A stretch of 64,000 nucleotides of DNA from Prochlorococcus sp. AG-442-N17. Lineage in GTDB: Bacteria; Cyanobacteriota; Cyanobacteriia; PCC-6307; Cyanobiaceae. The first letter of the stretch is position 1; every line of letters starts with the position of its first letter. The stretch is taken from NCBI GenBank assembly GCA_003212375.1, contig QCPY01000003.1:12308-76307 (forward strand). Reading direction: 5' to 3'. Below are positions 49,511-60,140 of the stretch, piece after piece. The notes under the pieces are model-generated. The model had not been told where the DNA came from and searched no databases. It was given only the letters and a program-made list of their open reading frames with translations. Position numbers and translations under genes: made by a program.

Positions 49511-49903
49511 ATGAAAAATAAACTGACTTTTTTATTTGATGGTGGTTGTCCACTCTGCTTAAGAGAAACAAATTTTCTAAAAAGAAAAGATTCCTTAAAT
49601 CAAATTTCATTTGTAGATATTAATAGTAAAGATTATGATCAAAGTCTCTTTAATGACATCTCATATTCAGAAGCTATGTCAAACCTGCATGGGATTATGG
49701 AAAATGGTGAAATTATTAGGGGACTAGATGTACTTGCATACTCTTATGAATTAGTTGGTTTAGGTTGGGTTTATTATCCCTTGAAGATTAAACTCTTATC
49801 TCCATTATTGAGACTGGTTTACAGATATTGGGCAAAATATAGACTTCAAATTACAGGTAGATACGATATGAAAAAAATATGTACCTCACAATGTGAACAA
49901 TAA
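49511..49903 (+). CDS. DCC1-like thiol-disulfide oxidoreductase (DUF393)
   Basis: FDGGCPLC. Confidence 0.88.
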   Translation: MKNKLTFLFDGGCPLCLRETNFLKRKDSLNQISFVDINSKDYDQSLFNDISYSEAMSNLHGIMENGEIIRGLDVLAYSYELVGLGWVYYPLKIKLLSPLLRLVYRYWAKYRLQITGRYDMKKICTSQCEQ

Positions 49904-49905
49904 AT

Positions 49906-50142
49906 ATGGAAAGTATTGATATAGATAGAATAATAGAAATGTGTTGGGAAGATAGAACACCCTTTGAAGCTATTGAGTATCAATTTGGTTTAAAAGAGGA
50001 AGATGCGATAAAAATTATGCGTCAAAATCTTAAACCCAAATCCTTCAAAGTCTGGAGGAAGAGAGTTTCGGGAAGAAACACAAAACATATGGCGCTTAAA
50101 GATTCAACTAGATTTAAATCTACCCATAAAAGAAAATTATAA
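49906..50142 (+). CDS. TIGR03643/DUF2805 family protein
   Basis: RIIEMCWEDRTPFEAI...WRKRVSGR. Confidence 0.85.
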   Translation: MESIDIDRIIEMCWEDRTPFEAIEYQFGLKEEDAIKIMRQNLKPKSFKVWRKRVSGRNTKHMALKDSTRFKSTHKRKL

Positions 50143-50145
50143 ATT

Positions 50146-50277
50146 TTGAAAAATCTTTCTACTAAAACCTGCCCTGTTTGCAATAGGCCGTTCGAGTGGC
50201 GTAAAAAATGGAAAAACTGTTGGGATGATGTTATCTACTGTTCAAAAAGATGCAGTAACAGAAAGTCGAAAAGATGA
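50146..50277 (+). CDS. DUF2256 family zinc-finger-like small protein (absent from the ORF track)
   Basis: [43 protein letters not shown]; TGA overlaps the photolyase ATG. Confidence 0.85.
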   Translation: MKNLSTKTCPVCNRPFEWRKKWKNCWDDVIYCSKRCSNRKSKR

Positions 50278-51764
50278 AACAAGTATCAATTATTTTCCCG
50301 AATCAACTTTTTAGAGAAAGCCCAATCTTAAAAATAAATTGTGAAATTTTGATTTTGGAAGACTCATTATTTTTTGGAAATGATAAATTTCATAAATTAA
50401 TTAACCACAAAAACAAGTTAGTTTTTCATAAAGCATCTATGCTCTCTTATAAAAATTATTTAGAAAAATCTGGCTTTAAAGTTTTATATATCGATAACAA
50501 GAATAATATTTCTACAGTTGACTACTTATCGGAATTTATCAAAGATAAATATCAGAAAATAAATCTCATCGACCCTCATGATTTTTTAATAATGAAGAGG
50601 ATTAATAATTTTGTTGAAAGTAGTAATTTAGCTTTAAATATTTTGCCTTCTCCGATGTTTATGAGCAGTGAAGAGTTAAAAGAGTTATTTGAATCAAATA
50701 CAAAAAAACCTCTTATGGGGAGATTTTATGAAAATCAAAGAAAGAGCCAAAAGATATTAGTTAATTCGGATAACACACCTGAAGGCGGTAAGTGGAGTTT
50801 CGATGAGATGAATAGAAAAAAATTACCCAAAAAAATAAGCATACCTGATACACCCAAATTACCAAAAAATAAATTTGTAATTCATGCCGAAAAGGCATTG
50901 GCCAATTTAGATATTGATTGTATTGGAGAAAGTAATAACTTTTTATATCCAACTAATTTTGATGAAGCAGATGAATGGTTAAATGATTTTTTTAAACATA
51001 GATTTTTCTTATTTGGAGATTATGAAGATGCTATTTCTCAAGAAAATTCTTTTTTATGGCATAGTTTACTTTCTCCTCTTTTAAATAGTGGCTTACTAAC
51101 GCCAAATGAAGTAGTAAATAAAGCATTACTTTATGCCAAAAATAATAATGTTCCAATTAATTCTTTAGAGGGTTTTATTCGTCAAATTATTGGATGGAGA
51201 GAATTTATTTGCCTTGTCTATAAAAAATATGGAACAAAAATGCGAAATAGTAATTTTTGGAATTTTGAAGATAAGCCAATTCCAAAATCTTTTTATAAAG
51301 GAAATACAGGAATTGAACCAGTAGACGTTGTCATAAAAAATATTATTAAATTTGGTTATTGTCATCATATTGAGCGGCTAATGATTGTTGGCAATTTTAT
51401 GCTTCTTTGTAGAATTCACCCCAACCAAGTTTATAAATGGTTTATGGAAATGTTTATTGATTCCTATGATTGGGTCATGGTCCCAAATGTTTACGGAATG
51501 AGTCAGTTTAGTGATGGAGGTATCTTTTCAACAAAGCCATATATATCAAGCTCTAATTATGTAAAAAAAATGTCTAATTTTAAAAGTGGCCCATGGTGTG
51601 AAATATGGGATGGCTTATTTTGGAAATTTATTAAAGATAATGAAAACTTTTTTAGAAAGCAATATCGTCTGGCAATGTTAACGAGAAATCTCGATAAAAT
51701 GTCAGAGGAAAAATTAAATAATCACTTAAAAACGGCCGATAAATTTTTAAGAGATATTCAATAA
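50274..51764 (+). CDS. Cryptochrome/photolyase, prokaryotic (6-4) photolyase-like (CryPro/FeS-BCP class)
   Basis: [44 protein letters not shown]. Confidence 0.9.
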   Translation: MKQVSIIFPNQLFRESPILKINCEILILEDSLFFGNDKFHKLINHKNKLVFHKASMLSYKNYLEKSGFKVLYIDNKNNISTVDYLSEFIKDKYQKINLIDPHDFLIMKRINNFVESSNLALNILPSPMFMSSEELKELFESNTKKPLMGRFYENQRKSQKILVNSDNTPEGGKWSFDEMNRKKLPKKISIPDTPKLPKNKFVIHAEKALANLDIDCIGESNNFLYPTNFDEADEWLNDFFKHRFFLFGDYEDAISQENSFLWHSLLSPLLNSGLLTPNEVVNKALLYAKNNNVPINSLEGFIRQIIGWREFICLVYKKYGTKMRNSNFWNFEDKPIPKSFYKGNTGIEPVDVVIKNIIKFGYCHHIERLMIVGNFMLLCRIHPNQVYKWFMEMFIDSYDWVMVPNVYGMSQFSDGGIFSTKPYISSSNYVKKMSNFKSGPWCEIWDGLFWKFIKDNENFFRKQYRLAMLTRNLDKMSEEKLNNHLKTADKFLRDIQ

Positions 51765-51869
51765 ACTAAGAGTAATAATCAACAGTTGTTTTTGAAAAAT
51801 TAAAAGAATATTATTTTATGACGAAATATTAAGTATCGATGTTAGTTTATAAAATATTAGATTTATCTA

Positions 51870-52049
51870 ATGGAAATTGGTACACTTTTTTTTAAAAGTA
51901 ATTCGACAGGTACTATCACTTTTTCTGAATTAGATTGGATAACTACCCATCAATCTAACTTCACAAGGTTGGAGGAATCCATAGCAATTAAATTAGGCAG
52001 AATGCTTGATGCAGGATCTGTCAATATTGGTTGCCGTTTGAAATTCTGA
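51870..52049 (+). CDS. Picocyanobacterial hypothetical protein (59 aa, absent from the ORF track)
   Basis: MEIGTLFFKSNSTGTITFSELDWITTHQSNFTRLEESIAIKLGRMLDAGSVNIGCRLKF. Confidence 0.7.
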   Translation: MEIGTLFFKSNSTGTITFSELDWITTHQSNFTRLEESIAIKLGRMLDAGSVNIGCRLKF

Positions 52050-52068
52050 TTAAGTTTTTGTTTTAATA

Positions 52069-52212
52069 ATGAAGTATCAAGAAGAAAAAAAAATATTTTT
52101 TCGGGAAAGAATCCATTCTTTTAATATCTTTCTTTTTTTAGGATTTAATCTGTCACTTATTTCTATCTTAGGTTTTATTTGGTTTAATAATGCAATTGAA
52201 AAAGTAGTTTAA
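52069..52212 (+). CDS. Possible small single-TM protein (47 aa)
   Basis: MKYQEEKKIFFRERIHSFNIFLFLGFNLSLISILGFIWFNNAIEKVV. Confidence 0.4.
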   Translation: MKYQEEKKIFFRERIHSFNIFLFLGFNLSLISILGFIWFNNAIEKVV

Positions 52213-52262
52213 ATTTTTGAATTTTTTGTATATTAAAGTTATCTTTAAAAATAAATTATATT

Positions 52263-53579
52263 TTGAGCATAGGATATTTACAAAGAAAGGCAGCTTGGGA
52301 AATTTTATTAAAAGTTAGTTCTGGTGATTTTTCTGATCATGCTCTTGAAAAGGTTTTAAAAAATTATCAATTTAATCCTCTTGATATAGCTTTTATTACG
52401 GAATTATCTTTTGGATGCATAAGGTATAGGAAATTTCTTGATCTTTGGACGGATCATACATCAAAAATTACTCATAAAAAGCAGCCTCCAAAGTTAAGAT
52501 GGCTTCTACATATAGGTTTATATCAACTATTGAAAATGGATAAAATTCCATTTCCTGCTGCTATTTCTACGACTGTAGAAGTAGCTAAAAAAACAGATTT
52601 AAATGGTTTAGCCGGAACTGTAAATGCGATATTGAGAAATGCATCAAGAAAATTAGAACAAAAAATTTTTCCAGAATTATCTTCTGATAGAAAAGAAAGA
52701 ATTTCGTATCTTGAATCATTTCCATTATGGCTTGTGAAGGATCTTTATAAATGGTTTGGTAATAGCGAGGGTGAAAATATCATTAAGGCATTAAATAAAA
52801 AACCATCAATTGATTTAAGAATTAACCAATTAAAAACTAATTTAGATAAATTTTTGAAAGTACTTCATGATAATAAAATTGATGCTGAAATTATTAGAGA
52901 TTTAAATACTGGTATTACTTTAAAATCTAATCCAAGATCTATAAAAAACTTACCAGGATATAGTGATGGACTTTGGACAATTCAAGATAGATCTTCTCAG
53001 TGGGTAGCACCTCTTTTAAATCCAAAAGAAGGTGAAAAGATTTTAGATGCTTGTGCAGCGCCAGGAAGTAAATCTACCCACCTGGCAGAATTAACAAATG
53101 ATAGTGCTGAAATCCTGGCTGTAGATAGATCAGCAAAAAGATTGAAAATACTTCAATCAAATTTAGACAGGTTAAATCTAAAGTCTGTAAATACACTCGA
53201 GGCTGATGCAACGCGTTTGATTGAATTGAATCCTAAATTTGTATCTTATTTTGATAAGATTTTACTAGATGCTCCATGTTCTGGTATCGGCACTCTTTCT
53301 AGGAATCCAGATTCTAGATGGTCTTTAAGTAAAGAAAAAATAAAATCCTTAACTTTATTGCAGGAAAAACTATTAGAGAGTATGTTTCCGCTTTTGAAAA
53401 AAAATGGAACTTTAGTTTATTCAACTTGTACTATCTGTCCTGATGAAAATAATCTATTAATTGAACGATTTATTGAAAAAAAGAAGGATTTAAAATTGGT
53501 TAGCCAAAAGCAAATTTTACCAAGCTTAGACTATAGTGGTGATGGATTCTATTCTGCAATAATTTCTTATAAATTCTAA
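52263..53579 (+). CDS. rsmB: 16S rRNA m5C967 methyltransferase
   Basis: NusB-like N-terminus; DACAAPGSK, DAPCSG, YSTCT. Confidence 0.95.
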   Translation: MSIGYLQRKAAWEILLKVSSGDFSDHALEKVLKNYQFNPLDIAFITELSFGCIRYRKFLDLWTDHTSKITHKKQPPKLRWLLHIGLYQLLKMDKIPFPAAISTTVEVAKKTDLNGLAGTVNAILRNASRKLEQKIFPELSSDRKERISYLESFPLWLVKDLYKWFGNSEGENIIKALNKKPSIDLRINQLKTNLDKFLKVLHDNKIDAEIIRDLNTGITLKSNPRSIKNLPGYSDGLWTIQDRSSQWVAPLLNPKEGEKILDACAAPGSKSTHLAELTNDSAEILAVDRSAKRLKILQSNLDRLNLKSVNTLEADATRLIELNPKFVSYFDKILLDAPCSGIGTLSRNPDSRWSLSKEKIKSLTLLQEKLLESMFPLLKKNGTLVYSTCTICPDENNLLIERFIEKKKDLKLVSQKQILPSLDYSGDGFYSAIISYKF

Positions 53580-53595
53580 AAATATAATTTATTTT

Positions 53596-55359
53596 TTAAA
53601 TGGTGATTTTATAAATTTCAGCTATAAATTTCTTCCATAAATAAGCTGCATTTCCACTAGATAATTCAGATTCTTTGTTATCGTCGTAACCTATCCATAT
53701 ACCTGTTGTAAGGTTATCAAGTGAACCAATAAACCAAAGATCTTTATTTCCATCAGATGTTCCTGTTTTCCCATAAATTTTCTTCCCTTTAATAGACGCT
53801 GCTTTCGAAGTGCCTTCTTTTACAGATTTTTCAAGAAGTTTATTTATTTTTTTGTTTATTTTTAAATCTAATATTTTCTTGGAAGTAGATTTGTTTTCCC
53901 AAATAGATTGATTATTAAATGATTCTATTTTTTCTAAGATGCTAGGACTTTGAATCTTCCCATCATTATTTATTGCAGAATATGCATTTGTAATGTTTAA
54001 AAGATTATCTCCATAGGAACCAATAGCTAATGATGGAAATTCCTTAAACTCCTGCTCATAACCTAGACCGAATAAATTCGCTAGATTAATAATATTATTT
54101 AAGCCTATTTTTTTTGTTATTGATATTGGAACTATGTTAGATGAACTTTTAAATGATTCAATCAAAGATATAGAACCTCTATAGTTTTCTGAAAAATTTT
54201 TTGGGCAATAACTTTCCCAGCATCTTGGTAAGTCTTCAAATTTATCGCTTAATTTTATCCCCTCTATTAATGCAGCAGCATAAGGAATTATTTTAAAAGT
54301 GGAACCTAAAGGTCTTATAGATGAAGTTACTCTATTAAATTCATTAATTGATGGATTTTTGCTAGTTATCATTGTCCTTATTAGTCCTGTGTTTGATTCG
54401 ATTGATAACAGAGCAAACTCAATTTCTTCAGGTCCAGCATATCTTGATATATTTTGAGCTTTTTCTTGCCAGTCTTTGTTGATAGAAGATTTAATTCTTA
54501 AAAACTTATTATCATTTTTCTTTTCAATTCTTTTATCTGTTTCCTCAAGAATAAAGTTTATTAGTAATTTATCATCTAAAAAATTACCAGCTTTTTGATA
54601 ATTTAAGTTTATTCTCTCTTCAATAGCCTTATTCTTATTAGATAAAGAAATATACCCATCAAGATACATTGATTCAAGAACTTTATTTCTATTTTTAATA
54701 GCTAGTTCTATATTTTGATAGGGTGAATAAATTGATGGAGCTGGAGCCAATCCCGCAATTAATGCAATCTCTGATAAGGTCAATTCTTCGATAAGTTTTC
54801 CAAAATAAACTTGTGAAGCTTCATTAACTCCGTAAGCACCGGAACCTAAGTAAATATTATTTAAATATAATTTTAAAATTTGATTTTTACTATATCTTAA
54901 ATCTAGTAATAAGGATATTATAATTTCTTTAATTTTTCTTTGAAAACTTAAATCATTATTTAGAAAAATTAATCGTGCTAGTTGCTGTGTAATAGTGCTT
55001 CCACCCTCTTTAATGTATCCACTTCTGAGGTTATTTATAAATGCTCTTGATAACCCTATAAAATCAATTCCTTTATGATTATAAAATCTTTTGTCCTCTC
55101 CAGAGATAAAAGAATACTTTAGGTAAAAAGGTATAGAGTTAGTATTATCTAAGACGTCAAATTTTCTACTTAATTTTTTTAATATTTTATTATCAGAAGA
55201 TAATATTTCATATGAATAGTTCCTAGATTTTGAATTATTGACCTTTTGGGGGTCAAAATTTAAAGTAATTTTTATTAAATTAAGTATTGGAAAAAATATA
55301 CTAAAGAAAATAAATATTGAGGGTGTAAAAATTAAATATTTATATTTTTTCCCATTCAC
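53596..55359 (-). CDS. Class A penicillin-binding protein
   Basis: EDKRFY, GGSTITQQ, STFK, KTGT. Confidence 0.92.
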   Translation of the reverse strand: MNGKKYKYLIFTPSIFIFFSIFFPILNLIKITLNFDPQKVNNSKSRNYSYEILSSDNKILKKLSRKFDVLDNTNSIPFYLKYSFISGEDKRFYNHKGIDFIGLSRAFINNLRSGYIKEGGSTITQQLARLIFLNNDLSFQRKIKEIIISLLLDLRYSKNQILKLYLNNIYLGSGAYGVNEASQVYFGKLIEELTLSEIALIAGLAPAPSIYSPYQNIELAIKNRNKVLESMYLDGYISLSNKNKAIEERINLNYQKAGNFLDDKLLINFILEETDKRIEKKNDNKFLRIKSSINKDWQEKAQNISRYAGPEEIEFALLSIESNTGLIRTMITSKNPSINEFNRVTSSIRPLGSTFKIIPYAAALIEGIKLSDKFEDLPRCWESYCPKNFSENYRGSISLIESFKSSSNIVPISITKKIGLNNIINLANLFGLGYEQEFKEFPSLAIGSYGDNLLNITNAYSAINNDGKIQSPSILEKIESFNNQSIWENKSTSKKILDLKINKKINKLLEKSVKEGTSKAASIKGKKIYGKTGTSDGNKDLWFIGSLDNLTTGIWIGYDDNKESELSSGNAAYLWKKFIAEIYKITI

Positions 55360-55360
55360 T

Positions 55361-56308
55361 TTAAGCTACTAAAAAACTATGTCCTATTGCTAGAGCTGTT
55401 ACTAACATTCCAGTTATTAGAAATGGCTGTGCACTAGCTTGGTATTTGACATCAAATTTTAATGGATCCCTTAGTAACCACATATCTTGAAATGTAATTT
55501 GAGGGATTACAAGTAAAACTAGAATTACTGATGCTAAATTTTGGCCGATAAGAATTAATACTACAACCATTGCTAATTGAAAAATATCAATAAGACCAGC
55601 ACTTATCCTACTAGCATTTTTAATTCCAAATATCACAGGTAAGGAATTCAATCCTAGTTTTGAATCCCCTTCAACGCTTTTGAAATCATTTATAACTGCA
55701 ATTCCAAGACCGGAAAGACTATAAGCAAGAGTTAGTAAGGCAGTAACAATTGTTAATTTCCCAAATAAGGCTTGTCCTGCCCACCATGGTAGAGCTATAT
55801 ATGATGCTCCTAGAGCATAATTTCCTAGCCAGCCATTTTGCTTCAATTTTAAAGGAGGAGCAGAATAGATATAACTTACGAAAGAGCCGCCTAAAGCTAG
55901 AAGGAAGACAGATGGAAAACTATGTTTAGCATACAAATCTAATAGAAAAGATACGATTAACCCCGAAATGAGTAACAGCCAAATTTGAGTTTTCACTTCA
56001 CGAATCGAAATTTTCCCAGAGGGAATCGGCCTATTAGGTTCATTAATAGCATCAATTTCTCTATCAAAAAAATCATTAATAGTTTGTGTATATCCTGCCA
56101 GAAGAGGTCCACTCATTAGCATGCAAGCTAGTGAAGCTAAAACATTACTAATTGTCCATTGAAAGTTTCCACTTGCAGCTGCTCCACAGATAACTCCCCA
56201 AATCAAAGGTATCCATGTAATTGGCTTCATTAACTGTAAACGCAGCTTCCAAATACTTGATGTTTCTGAAGCTCCTTTAATGCCTAATAATTGTTTTGGA
56301 TCATTCAC
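55361..56308 (-). CDS. chlG: Chlorophyll synthase
   Basis: QLMKPITW, DAINEPNRPIPSG, NDFKSVEGD. Confidence 0.97.
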   Translation of the reverse strand: MNDPKQLLGIKGASETSSIWKLRLQLMKPITWIPLIWGVICGAAASGNFQWTISNVLASLACMLMSGPLLAGYTQTINDFFDREIDAINEPNRPIPSGKISIREVKTQIWLLLISGLIVSFLLDLYAKHSFPSVFLLALGGSFVSYIYSAPPLKLKQNGWLGNYALGASYIALPWWAGQALFGKLTIVTALLTLAYSLSGLGIAVINDFKSVEGDSKLGLNSLPVIFGIKNASRISAGLIDIFQLAMVVVLILIGQNLASVILVLLVIPQITFQDMWLLRDPLKFDVKYQASAQPFLITGMLVTALAIGHSFLVA

Positions 56309-56317
56309 TTTAATTAT

Positions 56318-56542
56318 TTAACCTTTTTCAATTTCTTCAGGAAAAAACCAATTTTCTTCTCCATTTTGCAATTTGACAGTAATACCTATACCTCTACCAT
56401 CAGTCATTTTATATCCAGTTGTTAAAACTCTTGGATTTGATGATATTTGATCAATTAGTTTTGCAGGTAATCGATCTTTAACCTTTTTGATGTTAATTTT
56501 AACTTTACTACCAATTTTGGGCAATAATTTTGTTTCGGCCAT
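56318..56542 (-). CDS. DUF2862 (PetP-like) protein
   Basis: KVKDRL...YKMTDG..IG...WFFPEE. Confidence 0.8.
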   Translation of the reverse strand: MAETKLLPKIGSKVKINIKKVKDRLPAKLIDQISSNPRVLTTGYKMTDGRGIGITVKLQNGEENWFFPEEIEKG

Positions 56543-56601
56543 AAGAGGTAAAATGGGAACTATTATCCAAGATTAACAGCATTAGGACAATTTTTTTTAA
56601 A

Positions 56602-57381
56602 ATGGTAGCTCTTCGTTTAATTCCTTGTTTAGATGTAGCTAACGGTAGGGTAGTTAAAGGTGTTAATTTTGTTAACCTTAGAGACTCTGGTGATCCTGTT
56701 GAATTAGCTTGTAGATACTCAGAAGCAGGTGCTGATGAATTAGTATTTTTAGATATCAGAGCTAGTGTAGAAAATAGAAAAACATTAGTGGATCTTGTAT
56801 CACGAACTGCGAAATCAGTAAAAATCCCCTTTACCGTTGGCGGGGGGATAAATTCTATCATCGCAATTAATGATCTTTTAAGAGCAGGAGCAGATAAAGT
56901 AAGTTTGAATTCTTATGCAGTTAAGAATCCTGACATAATTTCCCAAAGCTCTGAAAATTTTGGGACACAATGTATTGTTATTGCAATTGACGCGAGAAAA
57001 AAAATTGATAAATCCAATGAGTGGGAAGTGTATATTAAGGGGGGGCGTCAAAATACTGGTTTAGATGTAATAAGCTGGGCAAAAAAAGTCGAGAAATTAG
57101 GAGCTGGAGAAATTTTATTAACTTCAATGGATGGTGATGGGACACAAAATGGATATGACTTATCATTGACGCAAAAAGTTGCAAACGAAGTCAAAATCCC
57201 TGTGATCGCATCTGGAGGTGCAGGCTCTTTAGAGGATATTTATAATGTTTTTACGGAAGGTAAAGCATCAGCAGCACTTTTAGCATCCTTACTTCATGAT
57301 AAAAAACTTTCTATTGAGGAAATAAAATCTTTTCTTATTGAAAAAAAACTACCAATAAGACCTAATGAGAAAAAATACTAA
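56602..57381 (+). CDS. hisF: Imidazole glycerol phosphate synthase subunit HisF
   Basis: [23 protein letters not shown]. Confidence 0.97.
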   Translation: MVALRLIPCLDVANGRVVKGVNFVNLRDSGDPVELACRYSEAGADELVFLDIRASVENRKTLVDLVSRTAKSVKIPFTVGGGINSIIAINDLLRAGADKVSLNSYAVKNPDIISQSSENFGTQCIVIAIDARKKIDKSNEWEVYIKGGRQNTGLDVISWAKKVEKLGAGEILLTSMDGDGTQNGYDLSLTQKVANEVKIPVIASGGAGSLEDIYNVFTEGKASAALLASLLHDKKLSIEEIKSFLIEKKLPIRPNEKKY

Positions 57382-57418
57382 CCTAGTTATTATTGAAAAA
57401 TATTAAAAAAATTTAAAT

Positions 57419-58120
57419 ATGAAACATAAGAAAATTAATGAAGTTAAAACTATTTTTAATAGAATTTCTTGTAGTTATGACTTTTTAAATAGTTTACTAA
57501 GTTTGGGATTACATAAATATTGGAAAAATCAATTAGTTAATTTATTAAATCCAATTAATGGGGAAAATTGGGCTGATTTATGTTGCGGTACTGGGGATTT
57601 ATCATTTTTGATTTTTAAAAAAGTATGGCCCAATGGGAGTGTTACTGGAATTGATAGTGCAAAAGAAATTTTAAATATTGCGAAAGAAAGGTCGAAATTG
57701 TTTGGGAATAAATTCATTTGTTGGGAGATGCAAGATATCTTTGAAATAGATGAAAATTTGAAAATTTATGACGGAATTTGTATGTCATATGGTTTAAGAA
57801 ATTTATTTAACGTAGAAGAAGGACTAAAAAAAGTCTTCAATCTTTTAAGTGATAGAGGGAGAGCTGGGTTTCTAGACTTTAATCATTCTAAATGCAATTC
57901 TTTAGCTGATATATTTCAAAAAATATATTTAAGATTTGTTGTAGTCCCAGTATCAAAAATTTTTAATTTGAGTAAAGAATATTCTTATATTGAAAAAAGT
58001 ATAAAAAATTTTCCAGATGGTAATAAACTTATGCTTATAGCAAGGGGAGTAGGGTTTAAAAAGGTAGAATATAGGACTATTTTTTTTAACCAAATGGGAA
58101 TATTAATATTACAAAAATAA
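57419..58120 (+). CDS. menG: UbiE/MenG family methyltransferase
   Basis: YDFLN..LSLGLH, DLCCGTGD, YGLRN. Confidence 0.88.
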   Translation: MKHKKINEVKTIFNRISCSYDFLNSLLSLGLHKYWKNQLVNLLNPINGENWADLCCGTGDLSFLIFKKVWPNGSVTGIDSAKEILNIAKERSKLFGNKFICWEMQDIFEIDENLKIYDGICMSYGLRNLFNVEEGLKKVFNLLSDRGRAGFLDFNHSKCNSLADIFQKIYLRFVVVPVSKIFNLSKEYSYIEKSIKNFPDGNKLMLIARGVGFKKVEYRTIFFNQMGILILQK

Positions 58121-58128
58121 GGTTTTTC

Positions 58129-58614
58129 TTATCTTTTTTTTCTCCAACAAAATGTACATTTCCCCCATCTTGATATTTCTCCTTTTGGTGCAGGACTATT
58201 ACATATTTTGCAAATAACCATATTATTGTTGTTTCTTATTCTGGTTGGATGATTCTCCCATTCTGTTTTTGCATTGAACTTTTTTTTATCTAGATTTTTG
58301 ACTTCGTAATTTTGAGTTATCTTTATTTCATTTAGTTTTATTCCAAATCTGCAAATACTATCCTTTAATCTGTGTTTGTTATAAATTAATGCCTGCCGCC
58401 ATTGTGGATGATTAACAGCAATAACAAGAGTTTTTTTCTCAATTTTCAATGGTTTACATTCTCTAGATAATTCCAATCCAACTAATTTTTCCCAGCTCTC
58501 ATTTAGTTTGGATAGTTTATCTAAGTCTCCCCATGATTTTTTGAAATCATCAAGACAAATTTGCATTGAGGATGGATATCTTTTATTCATTATTGGTAAA
58601 TATTTTCTATTCAA
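58129..58614 (-). CDS. DUF721/DciA family protein
   Basis: WEKLVG..LS.ECKP, HPQWRQAL, C-terminal CxxC...CxxC. Confidence 0.8.
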   Translation of the reverse strand: MNRKYLPIMNKRYPSSMQICLDDFKKSWGDLDKLSKLNESWEKLVGLELSRECKPLKIEKKTLVIAVNHPQWRQALIYNKHRLKDSICRFGIKLNEIKITQNYEVKNLDKKKFNAKTEWENHPTRIRNNNNMVICKICNSPAPKGEISRWGKCTFCWRKKR

Positions 58615-58688
58615 TTTGCGCTACTAAAGTAATAAGATTAAGATAATTCAATCTACAAGAGATTGACTGTTTTTTATATTAAGGATTT

Positions 58689-59438
58689 GTGAAAGTTTTA
58701 GGATCCATAGCTCAGACTGCATATTACTATAAAAATATTCAAGGATGCAGTCCTCATTGGAAACTTCAATATAAGTTAAAATGTAAAAGTACTGAAAATG
58801 AGCTAACAAATTGGCTCCAAGAACATCCAATCAAAAGATATAAACCTATAGCAATAGTAGCCAAAGAACAATTTTTAGGAATAGGGCAGCATTCAAGACC
58901 ATGGTTTTCCCCTAGAGGAGGAATTTGGTTGAGTGCTGCTTATCCAATATTCTCCGCACAATTCTCAAGTAAGATATTTAGTCTTTCATTTGCAATTAAG
59001 TTATGTGAAATGTTGAAAATAGAATCTATAAAAGTCGATTTGAAATGGCCAAATGATATTTTTTTTGGTTCCAAAAAATTAATTGGATTTCTACCCAGAG
59101 TGGTAACAAGAGGGAAAGAAATAATTTATGTAAGGATAGGTTTTGGTATGAATTTTTTAAATAAAACACCATTAGAGGGCATTTCTTTGTCTGAAATACT
59201 TAATAATAGAAATATATGCGAATATTATTGGACTGCAAAAATCCTTAAGACTATTCACGATAGCGTCGAATGTAATAATAGAAAAGAATATATTATTGAT
59301 ACCGCAAATAAATATCTGACAAAGAAATATTTACCAAAAGGTTATAATTCGAACCATTGGTTAATAAAGGATGTAGATAATAATGGAAATTTGAGAATTT
59401 ATAATCAAAACCAAGAAAAAATACTAGATAGGTTTTAA
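58689..59438 (+). CDS. birA: Biotin-protein ligase
   Basis: STE, Q..GIGQ..RPWFSP.GG, KWPND. Confidence 0.9.
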   Translation: MKVLGSIAQTAYYYKNIQGCSPHWKLQYKLKCKSTENELTNWLQEHPIKRYKPIAIVAKEQFLGIGQHSRPWFSPRGGIWLSAAYPIFSAQFSSKIFSLSFAIKLCEMLKIESIKVDLKWPNDIFFGSKKLIGFLPRVVTRGKEIIYVRIGFGMNFLNKTPLEGISLSEILNNRNICEYYWTAKILKTIHDSVECNNRKEYIIDTANKYLTKKYLPKGYNSNHWLIKDVDNNGNLRIYNQNQEKILDRF

Positions 59439-59440
59439 GT

Positions 59441-60127
59441 TTATTTTATTTTTAATTCAGTTATTTTTCCATCTTTAAACCTTGCTATTTTTTTTGCACG
59501 ACTTGCAACTTCATCTTCATGGGTTACTAAAACGATAGTTATACCTGATTCATGTAATTTATCAAAAAGATCTAATACATCTTCTGTAGTCCTTGAATCT
59601 AATGCCCCAGTAGGCTCGTCAGCTAATAAAAGTGCTGGATTATTGATAATTGCTCTAGCAATCGCTACACGTTGTTGTTGCCCTCCTGATAACTGATTAG
59701 GACGATTATTGACTCTTTCAGAAAGACCTACTTTACATAAAGCATTTTTCGCTCTTTTTTCTCTTTCTACAGGATTTACTCCTGCATAAATCATAGGTAA
59801 AAGAACATTTTCTAGCGCAGTAGCATCTGAAAGAAGGTGGAATTGTTGGAAAACAAAACCTAATTTTTGGTTTCTTAACTCAGCTAATTCATCATCAGAT
59901 AAATTTTTAACTGGAGTATTATTTAATTTATATACTCCTTGAGATGGCCTATCTAGGCAGCCAATAATATTCATCGCAGTACTTTTACCTGAACCACTTG
60001 CACCCATAACAGCCAAATAGTCTCCTTTGTAAATTTCTAAACTTACATTATCTAAGGCTTTTACAATAAGGTCATCTTTGCCATATGTTTTTGATACTTT
60101 TTCTAAGGCTGCAACTTTTTTAGTCAT
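59441..60127 (-). CDS. ABC transporter ATP-binding protein (LolD/MacB-like)
   Basis: GASGSGKST, LSGGQQQR, ADEPTG. Confidence 0.93.
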   Translation of the reverse strand: MTKKVAALEKVSKTYGKDDLIVKALDNVSLEIYKGDYLAVMGASGSGKSTAMNIIGCLDRPSQGVYKLNNTPVKNLSDDELAELRNQKLGFVFQQFHLLSDATALENVLLPMIYAGVNPVEREKRAKNALCKVGLSERVNNRPNQLSGGQQQRVAIARAIINNPALLLADEPTGALDSRTTEDVLDLFDKLHESGITIVLVTHEDEVASRAKKIARFKDGKITELKIK

Positions 60128-60140
60128 TTCTGAATATTTT

